Assembly: GCA_009602735.1 (NCBI GenBank)
Contig: WELA01003142.1
Span: 1-40,461, forward strand
Direction of reading: 5' to 3'
DNA from: Mesotaenium endlicherianum
Taxonomy: Eukaryota
Length of the DNA: 40,461 nucleotides
Shown: in pieces, positions 10,119 to 22,007 of the stretch
Numbering within the stretch: the stretch's first letter is position 1
Layout of the letters: every line of letters begins with the position of its first letter
Notes under the pieces: model-generated
Database searches by the model: none
What the model saw: the letters and a program-made list of their open reading frames with translations, nothing else
What the model was told of the DNA's origin: nothing
Made by a program: the position numbers and the translations under genes

Positions 10119-12452
10119 ATGGGAAAGAATCAGGCCTACAAGGCCATGCAGAGGGCCAAAATGTCGACCCATGCTGGTGCTGCACCAGGAGAGGAGGAGG
10201 TCAATGATGGATTTGTATGTAACTCCGGTCCACACTTAGGTGCTTGTGTTCAGGTGTCTAGCGTTTGTGAGAAACCTGCTGGGGTGTGCTACATGGATCA
10301 GCAGTTCATTTTTGAACCTGCTTGCTCTTCCCGCATCATATTGGACCTCGCTTATTTTAACTTCAACCACAGAACGAGGAAGTAGTGGATAATGCCCTGA
10401 TGTCCTGTCAGAATTCTTGTCTTTTTGAGTTAGTCATCATGTTTGTGAGATTTCGTATGTACGAGGTCTTTGCAATTGGAATATTCCAAGGTCTTTATTC
10501 TGCTCGATGAAGGAATGCAGGAGTCTCAGTGTACAAAGAAGGAGATGGTGCACGTACTAATAGCGTTATTGGCAGATGGACGGATCCTTCCATTCACCAG
10601 AGTGGCATAAGGCGCGGTTGGCGAGCCTTCAAACGTCACATACTGTCACGTGGGAAGAATGGAAGAAGAAACAAAAGGTGCTAAACACCTGCATTACCAG
10701 CCTGCTACTATATGATGTAACTGTATTGAGGGCAGCCTTGTCACTCATAGTTGAAGGGACGAAGTTGATTGGGATGGTACACTTCTTTTTGACAATGTGG
10801 GTGTTGTGAGCCTAACAAACATGCCTCCTAACCTCGTGCCTCAACTCAGTCTAAGAACCTATGCACCGTCCAAACACTTTGAGCTGAGATTGTGCTGTGT
10901 TGGGGCATCCCACTCACCTGAAAACCTCCCCCAATTCTTACCAGGCAGGACCTTGAGAAGAGAATGCAAACATGCAGGCTCGGTTACGACCCGTGCTCAC
11001 AATAAGAACTACTGTTGACGTGCTTGAAAAAGCTCATGTATAAGAATAAGCTACCCTACTTTTACACATACTGTATATATCTAGTGTGAAACTTCTCCTC
11101 CGCATGAGGCTCATGAAGTACTTTTTGAGTTTGCTTGGTAGTGGAACTGGATGTTGTATTAGACTGCCAGTTCATAAAAACTTAGGTCACGCGTCTGTTC
11201 TGAATGTTTTTGACAGGAAGACGATCGTTTGAAGAACGAGTTGGCAGATGATGAGGAGCAGAGAATGGTGGAGTACAGGAAGCAGCTAGATGCTGAGAGG
11301 GCCTCGAAGCTTGCAAGAGGCCGCAACCATGCAGGTCCCAGCGACAAGAGCAAGAAGAGTATGTCTTTCATTGGGGATGAATATACTTGCGCATGGGGTG
11401 ATGAGGTCATGCTGTGCGCGTCACGCTGCTTAGGATGTTGCAGGGTAGCTATGACTGGCTCGCTGAATGGGGGTAAGACCTCTATGCTCAAAGCGATGAT
11501 AAGAGTCTCGAGCAACTACCGGAGACAGTGGCACTCATGTCCTGCTGTGATTGAAGACTGACGCCTTAGGACGCAGCACATGATGAAGGACCTCTTCTTC
11601 AGGATTATAATCGGCATTTGACCCTTTTCTGTGGGCTGGCTCGCTAGCGTGGCTCCTCAGTGTTTGTACTTGTTGTCATCACAGTGGCCACGACGTGCCG
11701 AAGTACCGAGGAGTAGAAGTATAACAAGAGGAGGTCGCTTTGGCTGTAGATTTGTGGACTAGAGCTGCAGGGATGACGCTGATGTGGGTGTGACACATTC
11801 ATTGAGCGTCTCGTGTGGCTGTTGGCACATACTGCAAGAAGTTTACAAGACCGTGCTATAGCTTCTTGTAACAGTTGTCCTGTTCTGCGTTCGTACGCAG
11901 GCAAGAAGGATAAGGACAAGGACAAGGACCGCAAGAGTGAGAAGAAGAAGAAGGTACTACTGCTCATCTCTGGTCTTGAAAGACCGCGCGCTGTTGTCCA
12001 CCTGGGGCTGCACATGCACGGCTTCTCATTAAGCTGGACCAAATTTCCCTTCTTCGTTGGAGGCTCCTGTTTTGTATTTTATGGTGTGAATTTGTTGTTC
12101 AATTCGTGCCTTGCTATGTAGCAAACCAGTTCAGTTCTTGTGAGACTGCAAGTTGGAGCAAACCAGATCAATTCTTGTGAGAGTGCAAGTTGATTGATAT
12201 GAGAAGATTGTTTTGCAGAGGAGAGAGCGAGAGAAGAAGAGGCATGGCGGAGATGATTCCGACTCCGATAGCTCCGACAGTGAAGATAGTCGGGAAAAAT
12301 TGCGCGAGAAGAGGAAAAAGAAAAGCCGACGGCGTTCCAAGAAGCGCAGGCATTCTTCTGGAAGTAGTTCCTCTAGTGAGAGCGAGAAAGAGGGCGAAGG
12401 TCCTGTTCGGTTGTCTGAGTTTTTCACCGATGCAGGAGACGACGAGAAATAG
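10119..12452 (+). CDS. Conserved plant K/R/S-rich protein, FAM133-like (208 aa); exons 10119-10214, 10576-10677, 11217-11358, 11901-11953, 12219-12452
   Basis: All introns are GT-AG and phase-compatible. Motifs MGKNQAYKAMQR, DGSFHSPEWH.ARLASL..SHT.TWEE, EYR.QLDAER..KL..GRN and GPV.LS.FF are recalled from a conserved uncharacterised plant family. The FAM133 label rests on the TWEE motif and the basic/Ser-rich tail. Confidence 0.85.
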
Positions 12453-14365
12453 ATGTCCACTTGTGTTGAGAATACTAGCGGCGTAGTGTACTCGTGTTTA
12501 TTTACTGTATCTGTCAAGTTCTATTGGCAAAACTGCTGTAGGATTAGCCTGCACTCATACATAACGAGGATAAGGCGCGCATACATGCAAAGGTTATCTG
12601 CTGGTTACTAGGAAGCTTGTGCACATCCTTCTAAAGCCTGTTCGACTCCACTAGCTCTATTGTCTGTGTGATTTCTGCACTTCACAACTGCTGCAAGATC
12701 TGTTATACAATCTGAAAGCTTATTCTGAAGTATTTGCTTTCTTGTTCTAAGTTCTTTTCCATCTGTCTTTTTGGGTTGAGGAAATGGGATTCCATATAGA
12801 AGGATTGTTTTATAAGCATGTGAGTATTTCTTTTGGACATGAACATGTACAATAATTGTCCTACTTGAGCAAGCACCGGTCAACTTAAACAAGCTCCCCT
12901 TCCTCGCCTTGCTTCTTACACATAATTTGTGACTTGTTTTCCATTGTTGCGGATGCTTACAACATACAGGTAACTACATATTATACTCATACGTGCCTTT
13001 GTTGAAAACGACAGAGTGAAGTCTTGGAGAAGGTTAACTTCGAATCAGTGCGAAGCTCAAAGATGACCAAAGTCCTGTGTGGTTTGGATTATAAATATGA
13101 TGTAATGCATTATGACATGAGATGAGCACAAGTTACAAGTGGCACAGAATAATTTAATGTGCAAAGATAAGGTCATGACCAGCAAACGCAAGAATAAATC
13201 CTGATTACAAAGAGTTAACTAAAATGTGCTTCATGGAAACTTGATATGGGAACATAACTTGATATATTGGACGCTCATGCGACAATTTCAAATGATTGAG
13301 GCAAGAGAAAGAGCTCTCAGCCTGATTAGATTGAAACATTGAGATCGACAGCTAGGAACTGCTAGGAACACTATATGCTTGAATTCGCACACTTGAAGGT
13401 CGATTACTTTTTCGTTTGGGCAAGGCGCAGCAAGGCGGAGCAAGACCAGGCAAGTCAATGACAGCCAATGCAAGCCAAGCCAACCCAAGCCAACCCTCCT
13501 TCCTCTAGATCTATATCCAATATCCTCAATTCCTGCTTCTCAGTTGGCCATCATGGGTCGCTGTCAGTCGCTATAGTGAAATTGCTACTTTCATACACGA
13601 GCACACGTCACAAAAGTTGCGTAAAAAGGCCTCATCTGTAGAACTCTCGAGAGCAAGCTCTCAAGCAACATGTGGCGTAACTTGTTGAAGTCATGATGAT
13701 GGCAGACACACATAGTCATAGTAGTCGGCTTCGACGAATAGCTACATCTGGTGTTCGCTTCATTTTGGGACTAGAGAAATGATTGAATGTTGTGCAGTAT
13801 TCGAGTTACTTATGTATTAAGATGAGTTAACATATCGCCACGAATTTTAGTCAAGTACCAGTGGGCTTAAAGATACGAGGTATGTGGCCTCCTTGTGAAA
13901 AGGTACCACATGTACTTCCTCATTATGGCACTCTTCTCTTGCACCTGTCATGTTGGGAGCTGATTTCTTTAGAATGAGACACACCAAACAGACGTGTATA
14001 TGGGACGTCTACCCGCTGAGAATGTGACTTGTGGATCTGTTAGCCACTTTTGCAGTTCAAATCTATGAGACCTATGCCTTCCATTATACACCTTGTGATC
14101 AGACGCGAGAAATTAGAGGAGCGTCATGAGCAATTTAATGCTGAAACTGGAGCCTATCGGCGTAAGAAAAAGGGTTTGATGCATGCTCCAGAACGCACTT
14201 TCGTTTGGGGCAGTTGATCACAAGAATGTTGCCCTTCAACAAGTGCTACCTGTTCTCAGAAGAGCTTGAAGGCTTCAATTGCTCACTCCTGCGCGATGAG
14301 CCTCTCCATCACTCAGGTGGATGAAGGAGCTGACTTGTTCCAACTTTACATGATTTTTTCTGCAG

Positions 14366-17300
14366 ATCCAGGTCATGAAGTCTGAAGTCGCACAGCTGGC
14401 TGGAGCAGACATAAGCCAGGTGTCAGTCGTTGCAGTCCCCTACAGGATATGCCCCCTTGGAGCGCACATTGATCACCAGGTATGCTTTCACCCTTGTAAT
14501 ATCTTGCAGCTTGTATGCCAAGTTACTCTCTAACCGCACATACATGCTGAAAGCAGGGGGCATCTTTCTTAGCGAGTATATTTAAATACACAAAAAGGTA
14601 TATGTAGATGCAAAAATTTATACGTGTAAATACTCTATGTATATATAAGCGTTATATATATACATATATATATATACATATATATCGTATGTGTACAAAT
14701 ATCAAATACAATAGTATACATCATGTGTACGTACAAACAGTATGATTGCATGCATGAAGTATGCGCACATGTACATGTAAGGAATCGATGTTCTGCTCAA
14801 ACATCAGGCCAAGGGCCGACATGGGTGAGCGTTGTTATAATCCGAAATTGCTTCCGGGTGCCCGTGTATTAGGGACGGCATTCATTGAATGCTTGAATAA
14901 ATGAGTTGCAATATTTGCGTCGCCAAAATGACGTCAGGCTCATCCGTGACTTCCAGCCTGAGTGTTTTATAACATCTGCACACTGCACGCTGCACTCAGC
15001 AGACACGAGATTTAAGAAATGATGAGAAACATCCAGTGACACGAATGCTAGATGATTCTGCTCCCTGCACACATTCTCCGCCTCCTCGTTACGGCCGCAC
15101 CTTTCCACAAAAGGGGCAGCGCTGTGTCCGACAGCCCTTCTCATGTGATCATTGGGGAATACCCTCGCTCTGCTGCGTGACACCTGTCCCGCTCGCCTGC
15201 TCAAGGCTGGTGAGTGCAGCGATTGGCACGCGACTTCATTTGACATGCTTTGTGCCTGTCTGCCAAGCAGGGGGGGGCAGTGACAGCCATGGGCATAAAC
15301 ATCGGCCTCCTTTTCGCCTTTGTCCCCTCTGGCAGCCCTCAGGTGTGCGCCTGCCTCTCCTCCTTTTCCTCCTCCTGCTGCTGCTGCTGCAGTGGGCTCC
15401 CTCGCGTTCACCCAGGCTTTCCCTGACCCCTCCCCCTGGTCCCAAAAGCACAGACCCTGAACACCCTGAACCTTAACGTTGAAGCTTGAAACCCTAAATG
15501 CACGCCCTGGCATTTCTGGGAGGAGGTTATTTCTTTGGCAACAGGCTGAGCTTTCTCTGAGCCGGCGAGGGCGTGACTGCTGGGCTGCCTCACGGACGGC
15601 GATATTCGAGTCATTCTTCTTCTGTATCATTGTTAGAAATTGTATCAATATTTTTCTCTATTGGGCCTGCCATACTCTGAAGATCCACTTCATAATGGGG
15701 CAACCTCTTCATTCCCCTCAGCCCAAATGCAAAAACGCCTCCTACCGCTACCACCCAGCAAGCGAACGCTCGCGCCTGTGCGTGCACGCGCGCGCGAGCT
15801 CTTTCTTCATTCTCCAGAAGAAAACTAGAGCGTGTGTGTGCTGATCTGGGGGTTGCTAAGCGGGTGCATGTGGGGGAGGGGGAAGGGAGGTGGCAGGTAA
15901 GGCTGTGGTCGAAGCAGTTCAAAGGCCAGGTGAAGTTCAGGTACCCCTCGTCCCGTACGCCTCCCTCCCTCTGTGCATTTGAGCAGCAGCCCTGCTTGCA
16001 CCCGAGTGTGGGGCAGGCGCAGAAGCAGGCAGGAGAGGTGGTGCACTGCCTGGGGGGCACCATGTGTCCCCCCTCTCCTTGATTTTGCACTTCCTCCGTC
16101 CCTCCCTCCCTCCCTCCCTCCCTCCTGCTCTCTCTTCCNGCTGTCGTTGCGACTTCATGGGAGGCTCTTTTGCTTGGAGGATGGCATTGCTCCTGGACGC
16201 CATGGCAAGCCCTCATGCTGAATGGAAGAGTGGGGCCTTGTCTCTGGGTTGGGCTGGCTTCAACCTGCACACAGTCTTCCGGTCTGACGTAGTCCACCCC
16301 CAGAGACATTTGCTCACAGGGGGCCCTGGCTGGGCTTCAGAATGAAAGCGCAGCAGGTCACTCTGTCCGTGTGGTCTCCCATACCAGCCTGACGACTTGC
16401 TGGCAGTGTGGATGCAGTTCCACCTCGGAGAGCCGCCGCCACTCTGGCACACGATGCTATGCAAGGGGCGGCGACACATGGCGCACACTGTGACACCTCA
16501 CACGCCAGCACGGCTGCAAGCGCATCGACAGCATCCCAGAAGGGGGGGGAGGAGGAGGAGGAGGCTGGCTGGGGGGCCTATGCCAGGGGGGCTGTCGCAT
16601 CTTTGCTGCATCATGGCCACCCCCTGGAGCAAGTGAGTTGTGGCCTTCCACTCGCTGACACCTGGCATTCTGAACAGGCGGGCCCGCTTTGAATTTTGTC
16701 CTTGAACGATGCAGAGGTTGACTTGGACGTGCTCCGCATGGCACCTGCTCCTGCGGCCCATTTTGCTGCACTTGGGAAGAGGGAGAGAGAGGGAGGGAGG
16801 AAGGGGGCGAGAGAGCAGCAGCAGCAGCAGTCTCTCTCTAGCGACCCGCTGCCCCTCTGGTCCACCACGTGCATGTGACACCTGTCATCCGCCTCCCCTG
16901 CAGGGCCTCGTAGGATTGGTGGATGGGGGCGCCAGCATGCATGGCTCAGGCATCTCGTCCTCTGCTGCCGTGAGTCCCAACCCAGCTGGCCCCAGACCAA
17001 GCTCCTCATCTCTTTTGCCCACCCCCCACCCCCCTTCCCTCCNNNNNNNNNNNNNNNNNNNNNNNNNNNNNNNNNNNNNNNNNNNNNNNNNNNNNNNNNN
17101 NNNNNNNNNNNNNNNNNNNNNNNNNNNNNNNNNNNNNNNNNNNNNNNNNNNNNNNNNNNNNNNNNNNNNNNNNNNNNNNNNNNNNNNNNNNNNNNNNNNN
17201 NNNNNNNNNNNNNNNNNNNNNNNNNNNNNNNNNNNNNNNNNNNNNNNNNNNNNNNNNNNNNNNNNNNNNNNNNNNNNNNNNNNNNNNNNNNNNNNNNNNN

Positions 17301-17770
17301 NNNNNNNNNNNNNNNNNNNNNNNNNNNNNNNNNNNNNNNNNNNNNNNNNNNNNNNNNNNNNNNNNNNNNNNNNNNNNNNNNNNNNNNNNNNNNNNNNNNN
17401 NNNNNNNNNNNNNNNNNNNNNNNNNNNNNNNNNNNNNNNNNNNNNNNNNNNNNNNNNNNNNNNNNNNNNNNNNNNNNNNNNNNNNNNNNNNNNNNNNNNN
17501 NNNNNNNNNNNNNNNNNNNNNNNNNNNNNNNNNNNNNNNNNNNNNNNNNNNNNNNNNNNNNNNNNNNNNNNNNNNNNNNNNNNNNNNNNNNNNNNNNNNN
17601 NNNNNNNNNNNNNNNNNNNNNNNNNNNNNNNNNNNNNNNNNNNNNNNNNNNNNNNNNNNNNNNNNNNNNNNNNNNNNNNNNNNNNNNNNNNNNNNNNNNN
17701 NNNNNNNNNNNNNNNNNNNNNNNNNNNNNNNNNNNNNNNNNNNNNNNNNNNNNNNNNNNNNNNNNNNNNN

Positions 17771-17803
<33 letters not shown>

Positions 17804-20800
17804 AACATCACGATGGTTGATAATGCAGAGGAGGAGGACGATCCTGCACCCTCTATGTAGCAACTCCTCGTCACATTCTCGAGTGCCCGCTCTCCTCCTC
17901 CTCCTCCTACTGCTGGTGCCTCTGCTCCTGCTCCTGCTTCTGCTCCTGCTCCTGCTCCTGCTCCTGCTGCTGCTGCTGCTGCTGCTGCTTCTGCTGCTGC
18001 ACCTGCTCCTCCACCTGCCCGCACGACTCCCACCAGTGCAGCTGCTGCTGTAGCTCAACCTGAGGCCTTGTCCGCCCCTCTCTCTCTCCCTCCTGCGATG
18101 GGCGTACATGCGCAGGCACTCACAACATACCACGCGCTCCACTTGGCAGGCATACAGCCTTCCCAGCACCTGCCAGCTGGAGCCCCCTCTATGACCGTAC
18201 GCATACACGTCCTAGGTACTTGCTCTACGGGCTCTTCCTCTGTGCCTTCCCTAGCTACAGGCAAAAAAGATCGAGCGCTCGCACCTGCAAGCACCACCTG
18301 CCAGCCTGCCAGCTGGCCAGCCAGCCAGCCGGCCAGCCGCCCTGTCTTGCGTTGTTCGGTTTCGGGTGGCGACACTCACTGGTGCTCGCGGCTTGCTGCT
18401 AAGTAGTCAGGCATCACGGCTCCTTCCACACCGCCAGTTGGCGCTGTCACCTTGCGCAGCTGGTGCTGGGCCTCGTGGAAGATACATCTGCAATGATGCG
18501 CTGTTGCCGGGAGCGTGCCCCCGCCCCTGCAAGTCCTGGCTGCCTTGCAGCCTGTAGGGTCGGCGCCAGCTGGCAAGCTGGAGCGAAGGGCTTTCTGCTT
18601 GCGTGCATGCTTGTAGCCTTCCAGCGTCACTCCTGCAACAAACCCTCCCCTCCTTCCCTCCTCCCTCCCTCTCTCCCCCCTCCCCCTCTGTCTCCCCCTC
18701 CTCTTCTCCTTTGCCTCGCTTTCCTCCCCTCACCTGCAAGCTTGGGCTCTGACGGCCGCAGAGGCAGCAGCAGGAGCAGCACAGCATTGCCTCGTGTGAA
18801 ACGCAAGTATTGCGCATGCCTGCGGTGAAGGTCCTTCTGCCACCCGTCCTGGGCTTTGGGGCCCTTTGAGGAGCCGCTGGTGAGTCCCAGTGACGGCGGC
18901 GGTCGAGCTGCACGCACGTCAGCGCGCTCGGCCACCCGCCCCCTCACTGCAAGGGCTCCTCGACAGAAAGTGTATGACACGCACCATGTATGGGTTTCTT
19001 CCTGCGAGGATCTGAAGTGCAACAACGCACGAGGCTGTGCCTACTGAGTGCGTGTGGCGCGTGCGGCGAGGATGATCATGGCATGGTTGGCCCTCGATGT
19101 AGCGGCAGCCCCCACTCAGCGGCGGGCCAGTTGGCGACAGCCGGTGGGTGGAGACTTGCTTCGGCAGCAACTGATGAACACGCCTTGTGATAGCAATAGT
19201 CTGATTGTCTGCTGAAGCGGACACCTGTGAGGCTGTTGAGGAAAGTCGTTGAGGAGGAAGCACTTGTTGCTCTTGCATTGTCTGCATCTGCGACGTTACG
19301 AGTTATGATCACCTGTTGCTCCGAGACGTGGTCTCCTGTCGTCAGTGACACTTTGTCGGCAATCCCCAGCCCAGATGCATGAACCCCACTGAGGGTGTCT
19401 GGATGCATGAACCCGACAGAGGGTAGATGGAGCCGAGTGTTGAACTAGGCAAGCCTTAGGAGGGGCTGAGGCGACAAGTTTGAGTTTAAGGTGAGCATGG
19501 AGTCGAACCACCTGTGTTGTCCTGACTCGAAGGACTTACTGCGGCATCTGGCGGCAGTGCCCTGCTCCAGCTGGAGCACAGCCAGGTGCATCCCGCGAAT
19601 GAGTTCCCTCTCTTTCTCCGCGGGCCCTTGGGTGGTGCTCGTCACACTGACGTCGGGGGCGGTGCTGGTGGGCGTGCTTGTGTGGGTGTGGGTGGATGTG
19701 TGGGTGCTTGTGGGTGGGTGGACGTGTGTGCGCGCACCTTTTTGCAGGTGGGAGTGGCCTACTTGTTGGCCCTGGAGCACGTGAACGGCCTCCACCTGTC
19801 GCCGGAAGAGAATATCCAGCTGGACAGGTAGGCTGGCCGTCGGGCGCAGGCGGAGGATGCTCCTCGCTCAACCACAGCACTAGAGGCGTGCTCCTGCTTC
19901 TGCTCCTGCTGCTGCTGCTGCTGCTAGCTCTGCACACCTCCCCTTTGCCACCAGGTTGTGCAGAGAGCCTGACAAGGGCGGGGAGGGTCGCCCGTAGGGT
20001 TGGGATGCGCAGGCAGGTGGAGCGGGGCTACATGGGCCTCTCCAACGGCGTGCTGGATCCCGCCGCCCTGCTGCTCTCCGGGCGTCACCGCCTGGCTGTC
20101 ATCCGCTGCCTGGTGCGTGTGGGCACCGGGTGCACGTGCTCTCCTCCTCGCTCTCGCTCCCTGGCCGCATGCATGCATGCATGTGTGCGTGCGTGCTTGC
20201 TGCTGCTGCTGTCGCTGCGAGCCGTCCTCCTTGGGCGCCTTTGCAGCTCCTCCGAGGGGCGAGCTTGGCGTGGCACGAGTGTCGTCCTCAGTGACACCTC
20301 TCTGCAGCTCCGCGCTGGCCAGGCCAGGGGGGAGGCAGAGAGAAGTGGGGGCCGTATCTCCCTGGTTGCCAGCTATTGGCGTCTAATCCTCCTCCTCCTC
20401 CTCCTCCTCCTCCTCCTCCTCTTCCTCCTCCGCGTCGTGCTTGCTTCCTGTGCTGATAATACACGGCAGGGCAAGCAGGCAGTCCCTTGGCTCGACTGCC
20501 CGATGTAGCCTAAAGATAGAGAGGCCAGGCCACGAGGAGGGGCACATGCTCATTGCAGCACTACGCACGCATGCACATCCGCGTGCGCAACCTGTCGTGG
20601 CTGCGCCCCGTCCATGGAGCGCATGCTGCCCAGCAGCTCTGGCTGATCATGCAGGCCCCTCTGCTGCCTGCCACTTGTCGCCCCATCACAGCAGGCTTCA
20701 TGTTCGTGCGCAACTCTTCCCTCCTTGTGCAGGACTTGCACCACGAGCTTGTCGCCCCTCCCTGGTACGTGCCAGGCGCTGGCGGCGCGACGTCTGGCGC

Positions 20801-21967
20801 TCCAGCAGGGGAGGACTGCCGGCCGCCATACCGCATCATGCTGGCGTTCTCAGGACTGCGGCACGCCCTCACGCAGACACCTGGCTATGGCAAGCGCGTG
20901 GACGAGTGCCGCCTTGCTGCTGCCGCGCTGCTCGAGTGCGTGCGCCACCCTTCTTGCTCACTCTGCCGCCTCCTCTCCGGCTGCCACTCCCCAACCGCTC
21001 GCCCCCCCTGCGCTGCCTCCTCGTCCACCCCTGCTGGGATGCTCGCGCATGATGCCATCCCAGCTGCCAGCTCTGCAGACGTGCATGTGTGGGAGTCTGC
21101 ACCTGTGTGGCTCAGGCTCTGCTCTCTGCAGGAGTTGCTCTCTTCCTATGCTAGGCACGCGGGGGGCGGAGGGGGAGGGGAGATGCCCGAACTTAGGCTT
21201 CTGGGCTGCCATTGCCGTCCCTGAGCGTGCGTTGAGCTCGTGGGCTCTGGGCCCCCTGAGCTGCCAAGGTGCCAGGCGGCAGGCTTGCAGGTGCCGACCG
21301 GCTCTGTCCTGCTCGTGGAATGCATGTGAGGAAAGTGGCAGCGCTTGCCTTCGCTGGGAGCGTTGTGCTTGCACCTGCCTGCTTGACACGTGGCACATGT
21401 GGCTGGCTCTGGTTTCTCAAGTGGTTGCGTTGACTATCTGTCGCTCCCTCCTCCGCTCCCCCCCTCCTCTCCATCGTCATCGTGCTGCCAGGCTGGCGGT
21501 CCCTCCCAGACAGCTCTTCTCTGGGATTGCCAGGTGCCGCGAAAGCTGCTAATATTCTGGCCGGGTGGGTCTTGGTCCCCCACACCGCCCGCCGCCGGCA
21601 AATCCACCAATGACTCTGTGCCAGGTGGGTGTGTCGTGTGAGCAGGGCAGCAGGGCGGCCCGAGGAGGAGCCCTTGCTGGCTCACGGTAAGGCCCTAGAG
21701 TGCACACCCACCTGTGCACCCACCCACCCACTCTTGGCTCTCTTCGACGCCTCCTCGCAGGGTGCGTGCCATACATTGCTGTTGCCGAGCGGCGGAGGCA
21801 GCACGCTCAGGGGGCGGGTACGCCGTACCTGGACGCTACCTTGCTTGAATCTTGCTGGCATATACATCAACAGTATCATGTTCCCATTATGTCACTTAAT
21901 AGGCGTTATCTTCATCAACACGAATTGCTAAGGCACGGCCTAATGCCTGCATGCTCACCTGCATGCT

Positions 21968-22007
<40 letters not shown>

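Noticed and set aside
14788..14975. Weak inverted repeat (possible MITE) in a GALAK intron
   Set aside because: Arms match only patchily and no TSD can be identified.
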